A stretch of 64,000 nucleotides of DNA from Macrostomum lignano (taxonomy: Eukaryota), in contig NIVC01000684.1 in NCBI GenBank assembly GCA_002269645.1, forward strand, positions 372,001 to 436,000, read 5' to 3'. The translations under genes and the position numbers were made by a program. A model generated the notes under the pieces. The model was not told the origin of the DNA. It saw nothing but the letters and a program-made list of their open reading frames with translations, and searched no databases. Below, in pieces: positions 50,141-61,899 of the stretch (positions within the stretch are counted from its first letter, which is position 1; the number at the start of each line of letters is the position of its first letter).

Positions 50141-51148
50141 AATTTCCTAAATTTGAGTCTTCCTACCTAAAAGTGCAAAAAACTGCTCAAAATGCGCGAT
50201 TTTTTTACTAAAGCCTCCTTAGCGCCGCTCCACTTCACCGATCCTCTTCAAATTTGACACAATCAATTTTCAACTATTTTGACACAATCGTGTAAAATTT
50301 CGAGTCTCAAAGTTAATCCTGAACGGCGCTGTGCACTTTTAAAGTTGGGCTGTTTTTTGTCAGCGAGACAGCCACCCCAACCTCCGCCCGCCTGCCTCTC
50401 TTTCCCGATCTGGGCGGCCCAGATGTGTAAAAGGGTTTCAAAATGGACTAACTTTCGGCTGCCATAAGTTTGCTCCACGTAAAGCGATTAACTTCAAACT
50501 TGACACAATTCTTCATTGACCCATTCTCTGTCTAAATGTAAAGTTTCAACTCTGTAACTCAACCGAAAAAGAAACTGTAAGCATGTGAAGTTTGTCTCCT
50601 TTTTCTGTTGTTTGTGCTACTCACTCACTCATTCCCCCAGAGCCAGACGAAGGGTCAGGCGATAGGACTGAATGTACATAGCAAATGTACAGTGTTTTGG
50701 AATAACTTTATTTATAGCCTTCTCTGCACCCCGAGAGTGGAGAGGCTACGTTTAGCCATAACAGTTTAGTGAGAAATTCTAACCACTGCCCTCCCCTCTG
50801 TATTGGCAAACTCTGCAGCAGTTTAACAGTGGATGGCAATTGGCAAATCGAGGCAATCCAGCATGGTTTGTAAAAGCGAAATATTTATGAAAAGGTGATG
50901 CGATGCAATGAAATACAACCCTACTAAATTAGGCACACCATGGAAATTTTAAGTTTCTCTTAAAAGTACTTTGAAATTTAAATGGCCTAAGAAATGCGTA
51001 TTTCCTTGGTTGTTAGACTGATGCAGACTGCAGTGGAGCTGAAGATACACAAATTCCTTTCAGGGCTGCAAATTGGCAAGAAAGATGACGTGATCAAAGC
51101 ATGAGAATAACGATGAGAGTAGTACGTCCCACAAACTGGCTTTCGAAG

Positions 51149-52007
51149 CAGTGATCGGCAGACTTTTACTTCAAAAGCCAGATAAAGAATCCAGCTTATG
51201 TGCGGGCCAGATGAGAGTGGAAAGGAGAAGGAATAGACTATTAGAAGAGAGGAGAGGCGGGACGGGGATAAGAGAAAACATGGAAGATAAGAGAAGAGAC
51301 AAGTGGTGAGGAGAGAGCAGAGAAGAAGGGAGGAAGAAGCGAGAGGAGGGGAGAAAGGAGGGAGAGGAAAGAGTAAAGGTGAGAAGAGGGGAGAGATGAG
51401 ACAGAGGATCGATGAGAGGAGAGTAGAGAAGAGTGAGAAAAGAGTAGAGATGAGAGAGCAGAAAGAAGATGACAGAGGGTCAAGAGGAGAGGAGAGAGTA
51501 GAAAGGATAGAGAAGAGAGAAGATAAGAGGGGGAGAGAAGAGTGAGAAGAGAAGAGATAGAGATAATAGAGATAAGAGAGGGATGTAAGAAGAGGGGAGA
51601 AAGGAGAGATGAGATTGTAGGTAGAGATGAGACAAATGAAAGGAGAGATGAGAGAGTAAAGATAAGAGATGAAAAAGGTGAGAGGAGAGTGCAGAGAGAT
51701 GAGAGAAGATATTAGAGGAGAGAGAGTATAGAAGAGAGGAGTAAGGAAAGAGAGGAGTCAGAAGAGGTGAAAGAGAAGAGTACAGAGGAGATAAGTGAGA
51801 GAACGTATTAGAGAGTAAAGATGACAGATGAGAGAGCAGAGATGAGGGTGAACAGACGAGAGATGGGAGAGTAGAGAGAACAGAGGAGAGATAAGAGAGA
51901 AGAGATTACAGAGACTAGAGGAGAGAGGAGAGACAGGGAGAGAGAAGAGGAAATAGGAGAATGAAGAGGGGAGAGAGTAGAGAGTATAAGAGGGATGGGA
52001 GAGGAGA

Positions 52008-52088
<81 letters not shown>

Positions 52089-52823
52089 GAGAGAGAGCGC
52101 AGAGCAGAGAGAAATGAGAAGAGATAAGAGAGAAAAGATAAAAGAAGAGAAAGGAGAGATAAAAACGCAGACAAGAGAGAAGAGAGGTGAGGGAAGAGAC
52201 GAGTGACGAGGGGAGAGAGAAGAGATAAAACAAGAAAAGAGATGAGAGGAAAGAGAGAGAGGAAAGAGGTGAAAGAAGAGACGAGAGAAGAGGGGAGAGA
52301 GGAGAGAGAGAGGAAAGAGGAGAGAGGAGAGAGGAGAGAGTTAAGAGAAGAGAGAAAAGAATAGAGAGGAGAAGGAAGAGACGAGAGAAGAGGGGGAGAG
52401 AGGAGAGAGAAGAAGAGAGAAAACGAAAAAGTAGAGAGGAGAGAGGAGAGGAGAGAGAAAAGAAAAGGGAAGAGATGAGATAAGATAAGAGATATGAAAG
52501 AGAAGAGAGATGAGGGAAGATACGAAAGAAGATAGGAGAGAGGAGAGGAGAGAGAAAACGAAAGAGTAGAGAGGAAGAGGAGAGGAGAGAGAAAACGAAA
52601 AGTAGAGAGGAGACAGGAGAGAGGAGAGAAGAGAGAAGAGACAAGAGATAAGAGAGATGAAAGAGAAGAGAGATGAGGGAAGATATGAGAGAAGAGAGGA
52701 GAGAAGAGAGAGGAGAGACGAGGGACGAGAGAGAAGAGAGGAAACAGAAGAGACGATAGAAATTTTAAAGGATCCAAGGGACATAGGGAGAGTCAGGGAG
52801 AGGCCAGAGTTTGCCAATACATG
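51149..52823 (-). mobile_element. CT-interior hAT MITE, long reverse copy (~1.5 kb AG-rich interior)
   Basis: Degenerate TIRs cagtgatcggcagact (51149) and gagtttgccaatacatg (52823). Subterminal tgcgggccagatgagag at 51201-51217 and aaattttaaaggatccaaggg are present. Confidence 0.72.
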
Positions 52824-53267
52824 TTTTAGAGTCAGACAGACATTGCCTGACATTCTGTGAAGTAACCCAGCCAACAATATCAATGTTTGCTTCAAATCCT
52901 AATTTTACACGAATGTGTCCATTTTATGTCTACCTCTATTCTACTAACTATTAACAAGTTTTTGTTTGTGTATGACCTTAGATTTCAGAATACATGCAAA
53001 AGTAGTTCCGGGGATTGGAATTCCCCGGGTTCAAAATCCGCGGGTTTCAACAGCTTGTTCTTTAATATATTAGCAATATTTTCTTTTTCCTTTTTGCACT
53101 CCCCGAACGGGCTGGATTGCTAGAATTCTACTCATTTTAGAACAATGAACGTATTTCAGTTCATAAGCACCCGTCTTATTTGGTGAAGGTCAAACGATAT
53201 TAAACTACTTTGATAAATATCAGACAAGCAAAATCAAATTCCAATTTTATCTAAACAGAATCGAAGT

Positions 53268-54206
53268 TTAAGCCAGCTGAATTATCTCTCTGGCTGCGAT
53301 TTTCCTCAGCTGGTGCAGTCTCCTCCTGGCGAAGTCGTCCAAGTTGTTGAACCTCTTGAACGCGGACACCGCGGCGTCGACGGCTGCGACGTCGCGAGCG
53401 TCGGTAGCCGAAGCCAGCGACCTCACCAGCGAGAGCTCGTCGGTGTCCTTGAACGAGCCGCACAGCTCAGCCAGCTGCTCCGCCTTCTCGCCGACTCCCG
53501 CAGCTCCTGAGCACAGCAGGCACAGACAGCTCTTGGCCAGGTGGTCCTTGGCTCCGAAGCTCAACAGACTGTGCTGCTCAGCCGACACTCCCAGATCCTC
53601 AAACACCGCGGCTGCATCTGCCAGCCTCCCGCAGTCCGCCATCAACTCCGCGGCCTTGGCGCGGCTGCCCGCAGCGTTGGCCGGACTGTCCTCGCCGCTC
53701 CAGAAGTCCGCCGCTCTCACGTAGGCACCGATGGCCTTCTCGACTTGCTGAGATGCAGCCAGCAGGTCTCCAGCCTCCTCCAGCTGTCTGGCAGCGATGC
53801 TGAACTGGCCCTGCTCTGCGTACATCTCGGCCGCTTGCTGCAGGCACCGCACGGCCTTCGGTCTCGTGTTTGGCAGCTTGCGGTAGCAGTTCGCAGCCTC
53901 CGAGTAATTGTTGGCCGCATCGAGCTCGCGTCGCCTCTGCTTTGAGAACTGCTCGGCCGCGGCTTCAAATGCCCGCCCAGCTTCGCGCCAGTTTTGATGA
54001 AGCTTCAGCTGGTTGCCCTGCTGCACTAGCTGTTCAGAATTGACTTCAAAATTTGTAGAGAACCAACGCGGTGTCCAATGCGCAGAGTCACTCAGCTGCT
54101 GATACAGTTGTTCCCTCTGTTGTCGACAGCAACAGTAGTAAAGGATAGCGGCGAAAATTGCAATGATTACCAGAATGAATGAGAATAACGTAAAAAAGTC
54201 AGGCAT
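53268..54206 (-). CDS. alpha-SNAP-like paralog 3 (312 aa) with N-terminal signal-anchor and juxtamembrane CCC
   Basis: MPDFFTLFSFILVIIAIFAAILYYCCCRQQR followed by an intact SNAP core. An acceptor cgcgtgcag lies 46 nt upstream of the ATG. Confidence 0.9.
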   Translation of the reverse strand: MPDFFTLFSFILVIIAIFAAILYYCCCRQQREQLYQQLSDSAHWTPRWFSTNFEVNSEQLVQQGNQLKLHQNWREAGRAFEAAAEQFSKQRRRELDAANNYSEAANCYRKLPNTRPKAVRCLQQAAEMYAEQGQFSIAARQLEEAGDLLAASQQVEKAIGAYVRAADFWSGEDSPANAAGSRAKAAELMADCGRLADAAAVFEDLGVSAEQHSLLSFGAKDHLAKSCLCLLCSGAAGVGEKAEQLAELCGSFKDTDELSLVRSLASATDARDVAAVDAAVSAFKRFNNLDDFARRRLHQLRKIAAREIIQLA

Positions 54207-54544
54207 CGCTGCTTTTGAAGTTAAAATTATGCTCTGAATGCTGCTGTATCTCCTGCACGCGAGTAAAATTTGTTAAAGGACGTTAACGCCTCTGAAGTAT
54301 AAGATTATTACACATATTAGCACATTATACTACACTTGTAGCACAAGTTTTATGTACTGTAGCCAGCCACTTGAAGAGCCCCCTGGTACTCTACTGACGT
54401 GGCCTAGGTTTACTATATATAAATGATAATTTGGCAATATTGTGTGCTACGAGTAAAAAGTTGATTATTCTAGATACGTGACATTAATATAATATCTGTG
54501 TGATCTGTGAGTAGATTGACTTGTAATCTACGGAAATCTTTTTT

Positions 54545-54830
54545 GTATTGGATCTGTGATTCACAGGATATGTAGCGTGTGGATCTGTGATTCACTGGAT
54601 ATGCATTGAATGGGATCTGTGATTCACTAGATATGTATTGTATGGGATATGTAAGTTACTGGACATGTAGTGTGTGGTATCTGTAATTCACTGGATATTT
54701 AGTGCATAGAATCTGTGATTCACTGGATATTTAGTGCATATGATCTGCGATTCACTGGATATTTAGTGCATAGGATCTGTGATTCACTGGATATTTAGTG
54801 CATAGAATCTGTGATTCACTGGATGTGTAA
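54545..54830. repeat. ~32-bp tandem repeat (ggatctgtgattcactggatatttagtgcata)
   Basis: Direct reading, about 9 units. Confidence 0.88.
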
Positions 54831-56014
54831 TACATAATGTACATATATGTAAGGTCTGAGTACTGTAATATTTAGAACCTAGGAAATCTAGCAAAATAAT
54901 GCTATTTTGAAAAGAATTTTTCAAACTATAAAAAATTAAATGTTCAAAATTATATTTTGGCGGAGCAGCTAGTATTTAAGCAGACAATGGGCCGTATGCA
55001 GAAAGCCTAGTCCAGACTAGCTAGTCCAGACTTGGGTAGTTCAGTCTATAGTCTATGGTCTAGCTACCTTAGTTCTGCTATAGTAGACTGGTCTAACTTT
55101 GTGTTTCTGCATACCAAATCCAAGTCTAGACTAGCTTTTCAAGACCGGACTACCCTAGACAGAGCTTTCTGCATACGGCCCAATAATCCATACACAGAAT
55201 ATTAATAGCTTGCAGGCCAGCAACAATTACTGGTACAACGAACAAATAAGTTCTGCTTCTAAAATTTTCGACCATTTGAAATGTAAAAACGTTTTGAGAA
55301 AGTGAACCATGAGTAACTGGTAAAACAGCCGAAATGTGTTGGCATAGATACTGACAAAAAGCTGATAATTCAGCCAAAAATAGCGTATAAAAACAATCAT
55401 ATAGCAAGTCGAATGAAAATCTAAGATAAAAATTAAGGCAATGATGTTTCCGTTGGCTTAAAAGCAGAAGTACTTTTATAGAATGTATTTCTGGTCTGAT
55501 CGTCATCTTCCATTCTGTCCTATTAGATGACGGACTGACCAAGTGCATGGTAGCCTGGTAGAAGATGATAATTCTCAACTGTCCTAAGATCGGCAGCACT
55601 GACATGCTAAGTGGATGACGATGTCAGGTCGCTACGAGACTCGCAACAGTAGGAATATCAGTGCCTTTAAAATTTAGGCAGAAAAAAGTTTTAATTTGTT
55701 ACGACCACAAAAAAGATAAATATCGGCAGGAATATATAAATTTCTGATAACACAGTGATTTATCGTAAGTAGTCGTAACAAAAACAGAGGCAGATATACA
55801 AACCCAAAAGGTTGCGGTACTCAAGCCACGGGATTCACCCATAGGCCACGCTGTTAACACTGACGTTGACGCTCAGTTAAACAAAAAAATTTATTTCATC
55901 AGCTGCTTTAGGAGCTATAATAAACTTAGAGGAAACTTTAAGACTCCAAAATCAATACAAACAAGAACATACTAATACTCATAAATATTTCAGGCTCAGT
56001 GACAAGCACCGCAA

Positions 56015-57082
56015 CTACTGCAGCTGCACCCCGCCAGAAGCCACAAACTGCCTCAGCTGGTGCAGTCTCCTCCTGGCGAAGTCGTCCAAGTTGTTGAACT
56101 TCTCGAACTCGGACACCGCGGCGTCGACGGCTGCGACGTCGCGAGCGTCGGTAGCCGAAGCCAGCGACCTCACCAGCGAGAGCTCGTCGGTGTCCTTGAA
56201 CGAGCCGCACCGCCCAGCCAGCTGCTCCGCCTTCTCGCCGACTCCCGCAGCTCCTGAGCACAGCAGGCACAGACAGCTCTTGGCCAGCTGGTCCTTGGCT
56301 CCGAAGCTCAACAGACTGTGCTGCTCAGCCGACACTCCCAGATCCTCAAACTCCCGGGCTGCCTCTGCCAGCCTCCCGCAGTCCGCCATCAACTCCGCGG
56401 CCTTGGCGCGGCTGCCCGCAGCGCTGGCCGGACTGTCCTGGCCGCTCCAGAAGTCCGCCGCTCTCACGTAGACATCGATCGCTTTTCTTTGTTCTTGAGA
56501 TGCAGCCAGCAGGTCTCCAGCCTCCTCCAGCTGTCTGGCAGCGATGCGGAACTGGCCCTGCTCTGCGTACATCTCGGCCGCTTGCTGCAGGCACCGCACG
56601 GCCTTCGGTCTCGTGTCTGGCAGCTTGCGGTAGCAGTTCGCAGCCTCTGAGTAATTGTTGGCCGCATCGAGCTCGCATCGCCTCTGCTTTGAGAACTGCT
56701 CGGCCGCGGCTTCGAATGCCTGTCCAGCTTCGTGCCAGTTTTGATGAAGCTTCAGCTGGTTGCCCTGCTGCAGAAGCTTGGCGGTGTCAGAGGTTCGCTG
56801 TAGGGCCGGCTGGGGCTGCGTCAGCCTGCTTGTTTCTTCATCATCTATAGGAAAGCAACACAGACAAACGCCTATGGGTAACGTTAAATCTTCAGGTGAC
56901 GTCATCCTGCTGGCTTCTTCATCTCTAGGAAAGCAACACGGACAAATGCAGCTCCAGCAGCTGTAGCAGCAGCCTTCAGGTGACGTTGTGCTGGTCTCTT
57001 TATCTCTAGGAAAACAACACGGAAAAATGCAGCTCCAGCAGCTGCAGCAAATTTTGCGAATGCAACTGCAGATGTTTCCCAT
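56015..57082 (-). CDS. alpha-SNAP-like paralog 4 (355 aa) with MG(N) myristoylation-type start and 18-Cys string
   Basis: Acceptor ttttctacttgcag|gtaATG GGA AAC, three tandem Cys-rich units, then an intact SNAP core. Confidence 0.9.
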   Translation of the reverse strand: MGNICSCIRKICCSCWSCIFPCCFPRDKETSTTSPEGCCYSCWSCICPCCFPRDEEASRMTSPEDLTLPIGVCLCCFPIDDEETSRLTQPQPALQRTSDTAKLLQQGNQLKLHQNWHEAGQAFEAAAEQFSKQRRCELDAANNYSEAANCYRKLPDTRPKAVRCLQQAAEMYAEQGQFRIAARQLEEAGDLLAASQEQRKAIDVYVRAADFWSGQDSPASAAGSRAKAAELMADCGRLAEAAREFEDLGVSAEQHSLLSFGAKDQLAKSCLCLLCSGAAGVGEKAEQLAGRCGSFKDTDELSLVRSLASATDARDVAAVDAAVSEFEKFNNLDDFARRRLHQLRQFVASGGVQLQ

Positions 57083-57344
57083 TACCTGCAAGTAGAAAAC
57101 AGTCTTTCATATGTAATTTTTTGTGTGTCTGCTTTTGCCGCTTTAAGTTTTCAGCTAATTCGTGCAAGGTGGGAAATGCATGAAATATTGTTGGGTATCT
57201 ATCAGTACAGCTTCAGCAACTGGCCTACTCAGTTACTACAATAAAAAAACAGTAAAAAGATGGGATCACAAATAAGTAGTTGATAATATAAATAATAATA
57301 TTTTATTTTTTGACTTGGATCTGCATTTTACTATAGAGGAATTT

Positions 57345-57525
57345 ATTGGATTGTGAGGTATGGGTTGGAGATTGTGAGGTATGGGTTGGAGATTTTGAGA
57401 TATGGGATGGAGATTGTAAGGTATGGGATGGAGATTGTGATATATGGGATGGAGATTGTGAGGTATGGGGTGGAGATTGTGAGGTATGGGATGGAGATTT
57501 TGAGATATGGGATGGAGATTGGGAG
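57345..57525. repeat. 21-bp tandem repeat (gagattgtgaggtatgggatg)
   Basis: Direct reading. Confidence 0.88.
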
Positions 57526-58109
57526 ACATGACTATTCTATTTCCTACATTGATTGTGCAATTTTCCAGTGAATTTGTGTTTTTTATAGACTAGCAAAAAA
57601 GTTTTTAAATAGGTCTATATCGCGTGCAGACAGACGGATTTTATTAACGTTGGTTTTGCGCAAAGCAAAGATCTTTTGACGGTGGAAAATTTAACATACA
57701 GGTTAAACCAGTAAAGAATTTAATGAATTTGAAAAAAGCAGATCATAATTGACGAAATAGGCAAATAAATGAAAACTGAAACCAAAATGTTGCTACCTAC
57801 AATAATAGCGGTTAAAAAAGAGAAAACTCAGTCAATGAAATCATACCAGCAGTAAAGGAAAATTGCAGTAAATTTTGGCGCCAGAGCAAACATTTAGTTA
57901 TTACTGAATAAATATGCGCAGAAACTATAACTAATTCGGATATGTTTAACGTAAAATAAAATAAAAGCTATCGTTAAAATTGACCTACTTTAAAAAGCTT
58001 GTACAGGGACTTCTAAAAATATTACCAGGTGGACTGGAAGCTGGAAATAATGCTACGCCTTTAACGAAATCCTCTCACAACCAGCGCTGAGACAATTCTG
58101 CGCACTCCG

Positions 58110-58340
58110 CTGACTCCTCAGCACACACAAGCGCGCCGATACGCTGTGTACGCAGGCACGGCACTCATGCACACGCTCACACAGGGTGTACAGCGGTCCT
58201 GGCTATCTAATCGGTCAGGCATGTGCACTCTGTGCCTTGGGGGTTGGCCCTCATGGCTGTGAATCTCACGACAGCCTCCATTTTCGTGCACACAAGCCCC
58301 AAATGAATGTGTTTGCGTACTCAATCGAACTAGGGGTCGT
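58110..58340 (-). mobile_element. Partial SINE (family 2-related central domain)
   Basis: cacagggtgtacagcgg and gtgccttgggggttggccctca are shared with 60837-61205. Confidence 0.65.
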
Positions 58341-59529
58341 GGGCGTTTATTACCGCTGAGCAGCTCCGCCTCAACACCTTCACTTGGGGATCAAAGGACT
58401 CACTTGGTCTAGCCAAATCCAAAACACTGCTTGGGGCGGTAATTTTCAGATATAAGAAATAACAGTAGCCACCACATTGGCGTCAACATGGAGCCGCGTT
58501 GCCTTCTAGCTTCCAGTTCAACTCTCTGCTGCTACTTCCAGAAGTCCTTGGCTAGTAAATGATTTGAAAAGCAAGCCATACAAATGGATAGAGCGCCATA
58601 TTAGACAGACCATGTAAACAGTAACTAGAGAAGACACTGGGACTAAAAGCAAATTTTAAGACGCAAGAAAAACAAAAGTACCGGCTGTTAAATAGTAAAG
58701 CATTGCTAAATTGACACAGATTGATTATTTTCCTGTTTGATAATAATCTATTTTTGCTAGTTCTCTAATCCAAGTGTCTAGATGTCCATGTTCAAGTCAA
58801 TTTGCACTTTTTTCTGTTCTCACGCCCTATTTTTTTCCTACGCGGGTGTCCGCTGGTGGTAAAAACGATGGTGGTAGGGGCAGAGAGGAGAGAGATAAGC
58901 GTTGAGTTAAGAACCGCGGCAGCCAATCAGAATGGAGCGAGGAGAGAGACTAAAATATATGTCTACACAAGGAGAGAGAGAATTTGAGTGTTCCTGCACT
59001 AAAGCAGTTCAAGCCAAACAGACTGAAATAGAAAGTCAGCAAAAAATAAACAAACAAACTTTATACTCGGGTGTTGTGTTGGTTAATCTAAGATTGGGGC
59101 GACTAACAAATTCCAGATTAGCATAATAAACTTTGCAATAGAAATTGGACTCATAACTTTGCGAAAAATACCGTTTCGAGGAAAATGAAATAAACAATTA
59201 CATGAAAAAATTACATTGCACAAAACATATGTTGGTAAATTCAAACCACCGTATAATTCAAATGATAAAAAGATTTTGTCGACAGCAACATATGGAAGAA
59301 GATTCCTACAATTTCCACGAAGTTGGCATTATTGCTGAGCCTTGTACTTCGCAGATTTATAAACCAGTAGAATACTTATAATAAACTACAACAGCAGAAT
59401 CATACAATAGAAAGCTGGAGATTTCTCGCCTTATCATCATTATGGCTTTGGCATGCAAACTTAAACCTCCAAGACATAGTAGGATTGAGTCGAGTCCAAT
59501 GCCGAATATATTAATACTCAGGCTGCTAC

Positions 59530-60609
59530 TTACAGTAACTGCACACTGTCACCAGTAGCTAAAAACTGTCTCAGCTGGTCCAGCCTCCTCCTGGCGAAGT
59601 CGTCCAAGTTGTTGAACCTCTCGAACTCGGACACCGCGGCGTCGACGGCTGCGACGTCGCGAGCGTCGGTAGCCGAAGCCAGCGACCTCACCAGCGAGAG
59701 CTCGTCGGTGTCCTTGAACGAGCCGCACAGCACAGCCAGCTGCTCCGCCTTCTCGCCGACTCCCGCAGCTCCTGAGCACAGCAGGCACAGACAGCTCTTG
59801 GCCAGGTGGTCCTTGGCTCCGAAGCTCAACAGACTGTGCTGCTCAGCCGACACTCCCAGATCCTCAAACACTGCGGCTGCCTCTGCCAGCCTCCCGCAGT
59901 CCGCCATCAACTCTGCGGCCTTGGCGCGGCTGCCCGCAGCGCTGGCCGGACTGTCCTGGCCGCTCCAGAAGTCCGCCGCTCTCACGTAGACATCGATGGC
60001 CTCCTCGACTTGCTGAGATGCAGCCAGCAGGTCTCCAGCCTCCTCCAGCTGTCTGGCAGCGATGCTGAACTGGCCCTGCTCTGCGTACATCTCGGCCGCT
60101 TGCTGCAGGCACCGCACGGCCTTCAGTCTCGTGTCTGGCAGCTTGCGGTAGCAGTTCGCAGCCTCCGAGTAATTGTTGGCCGCATCGAGCTCGCGATGCT
60201 TCGAGAAGCGATCTGCAACAGTCTCAAACTTTTTGCCAGCTTCAAGCCAGTTTTTATCATGTTTGTTCCTGTTGCCATCGTCGATTAATCGCTGCTGCGA
60301 TCCGTGCGTTTGACGCTTTCTAAACAACAGAAAGTACAGTACCAGCAGTAGCAATACTACCAAGATGCACAGAAACCCGACAAAGATATAGGCTGTATGT
60401 AATTTCGCTGGTGGCACAGTTGGCTGAGCTGTTGGAGCTGATGTAGTCGTGTCGATAGTAGTTGTGTTTAAATAAGACGGATTTGACGTCGTTAGGACAC
60501 TCGTCGTTGGTCCGGTCGTACTGTTGGCATCAGCAGCAGCGGCACTTTCCACTGCTGCCATTGCGGTACTATTTGAACTTTTGATTTCGCTGCTATTCGA
60601 AGTCTCCAT
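59530..60609 (-). CDS. alpha-SNAP-like paralog 5 (359 aa) with S/T-rich N-terminal segment and TM helix
   Basis: Acceptor ccttttttcag at 60669; first ATG at 60609 (METSNSS). Sequons NSS/NST/NST/NTT, TM AYIFVGFLCILVVLLLLVLYFLLF followed by RKR, then an intact core. Confidence 0.9.
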   Translation of the reverse strand: METSNSSEIKSSNSTAMAAVESAAAADANSTTGPTTSVLTTSNPSYLNTTTIDTTTSAPTAQPTVPPAKLHTAYIFVGFLCILVVLLLLVLYFLLFRKRQTHGSQQRLIDDGNRNKHDKNWLEAGKKFETVADRFSKHRELDAANNYSEAANCYRKLPDTRLKAVRCLQQAAEMYAEQGQFSIAARQLEEAGDLLAASQQVEEAIDVYVRAADFWSGQDSPASAAGSRAKAAELMADCGRLAEAAAVFEDLGVSAEQHSLLSFGAKDHLAKSCLCLLCSGAAGVGEKAEQLAVLCGSFKDTDELSLVRSLASATDARDVAAVDAAVSEFERFNNLDDFARRRLDQLRQFLATGDSVQLL

Positions 60610-60836
60610 TCTTGATTCTTGCGAGTTATTAAACAGATGTTCTTTAGTATGCTTTGGGTGAAAATGCACTGAAAAAAGGGGTGAATAGTGATATTGAAAA
60701 TAGCGTTAAAATGAAGTTGGAACATAAAGATATTATCTGTTCCTAAGCTCTTTAAACATGGAACGGGAACATAGTTCTTGGTTTCTTTGATCAACACTGG
60801 CAGCTTGTAGGAAGTGAGGCAGACGTTACGTTAAGG

Positions 60837-61205
60837 TTTTAGAGGCATAGGGCTGTGTGCACCCTGGCGCACTTTAAGCGACATTGTCACACAACCGGCG
60901 AGAGGCATTACTGCCCCCATTCCGCCGACTCCCCTGAGCAGGTGCACAAGCGCGGGGATACGTACGCAGTCATACGCACAGGCACACACTCACAGGAGTG
61001 TACAGCGGCCCTAACTTTGTTTATCGTTAGGCATGTACACTTCACTGTGCCTTGGGGGTTGGCCCTCAAGCTGGGCGTTAATTGCACGAGCAGAGCCAAG
61101 CCGAGGTTCCAATTTAGCTCCAATATTAATGTGACTGCACTTGGAATCGAGCCTGGGCCGCTGGCACACCAGAGCGCCGCGCTGGACCACTGGGCTACGT
61201 CTCCC
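60837..61205 (-). mobile_element. tRNA-derived SINE family 2, full-length copy
   Basis: The - strand 5' end reads gggagacgtagcccagtgg (A box)...ggctcgattcc (B box). Colinear with 35034-35375. Confidence 0.85.
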
Positions 61206-61899
61206 AACCAATTGCGTAAATTTTTCTGGCGAAAATTCAAACCTGCAGATATGTTTTGCAACTTAGATGAAACGAGCACAGTATATCGAGGCATTTAAAC
61301 AACTTTTGGGTCAACTTTTGAATGTAGAAGATTAGAACAACAGTTTCTTTTTTAAACTATTAATTTCTACAACGATTGAGACAATTCTTTGCGTACGGCT
61401 AAAATGAAAAAACCGACAAATTTTTAGCTAGGAAGCAAGCAATCTAAGAAATAGCACAGTAATTAGCTACATGGCAACGATCGATGCTAGTTTTCTTTGT
61501 CGGGCTCAAGACGGAATAGGCATGATGCGGCACTTAAATTTCACAGCAGCATCATAACCAGCTACAGCTTAAAATGATTCAATAATGCAAGCAGACTGAA
61601 AAAATATGCAAGTGAAATTACGTACCTTTTGAATTCTGGAGACAAAACAAGCAAGCTACCGAAATATTACAATGCTATACAACTCGTAAGGATAATGTTT
61701 ACAGCTTTCTACTAATTCGGTCTTATATAAGTAACGCCACTAATTAAATATAGAGTAAAAAATCACTGGCATAAAATTGACGGTCTATAACAAACAAGGA
61801 TATTAGAACCTACGGTACCTTGAAATAACTATTCAACTTTCGTATGCACACTAAAATGTGTTTCTCAATAAAATTTGAATCGCACAAAACCCTTTCCAA

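Noticed and set aside
50799-52821. 17-bp perfect inverted repeat (tgtattggcaaactctg) suggesting a 2-kb element
   Set aside because: No TSD, and the right arm is already explained as the MITE end; probably a stray TIR remnant.
55150-55605. 151-aa hydrophobic - strand ORF between SNAP copies 3 and 4
   Set aside because: AT-rich, with no family motif or clear TM periodicity; likely a chance ORF.
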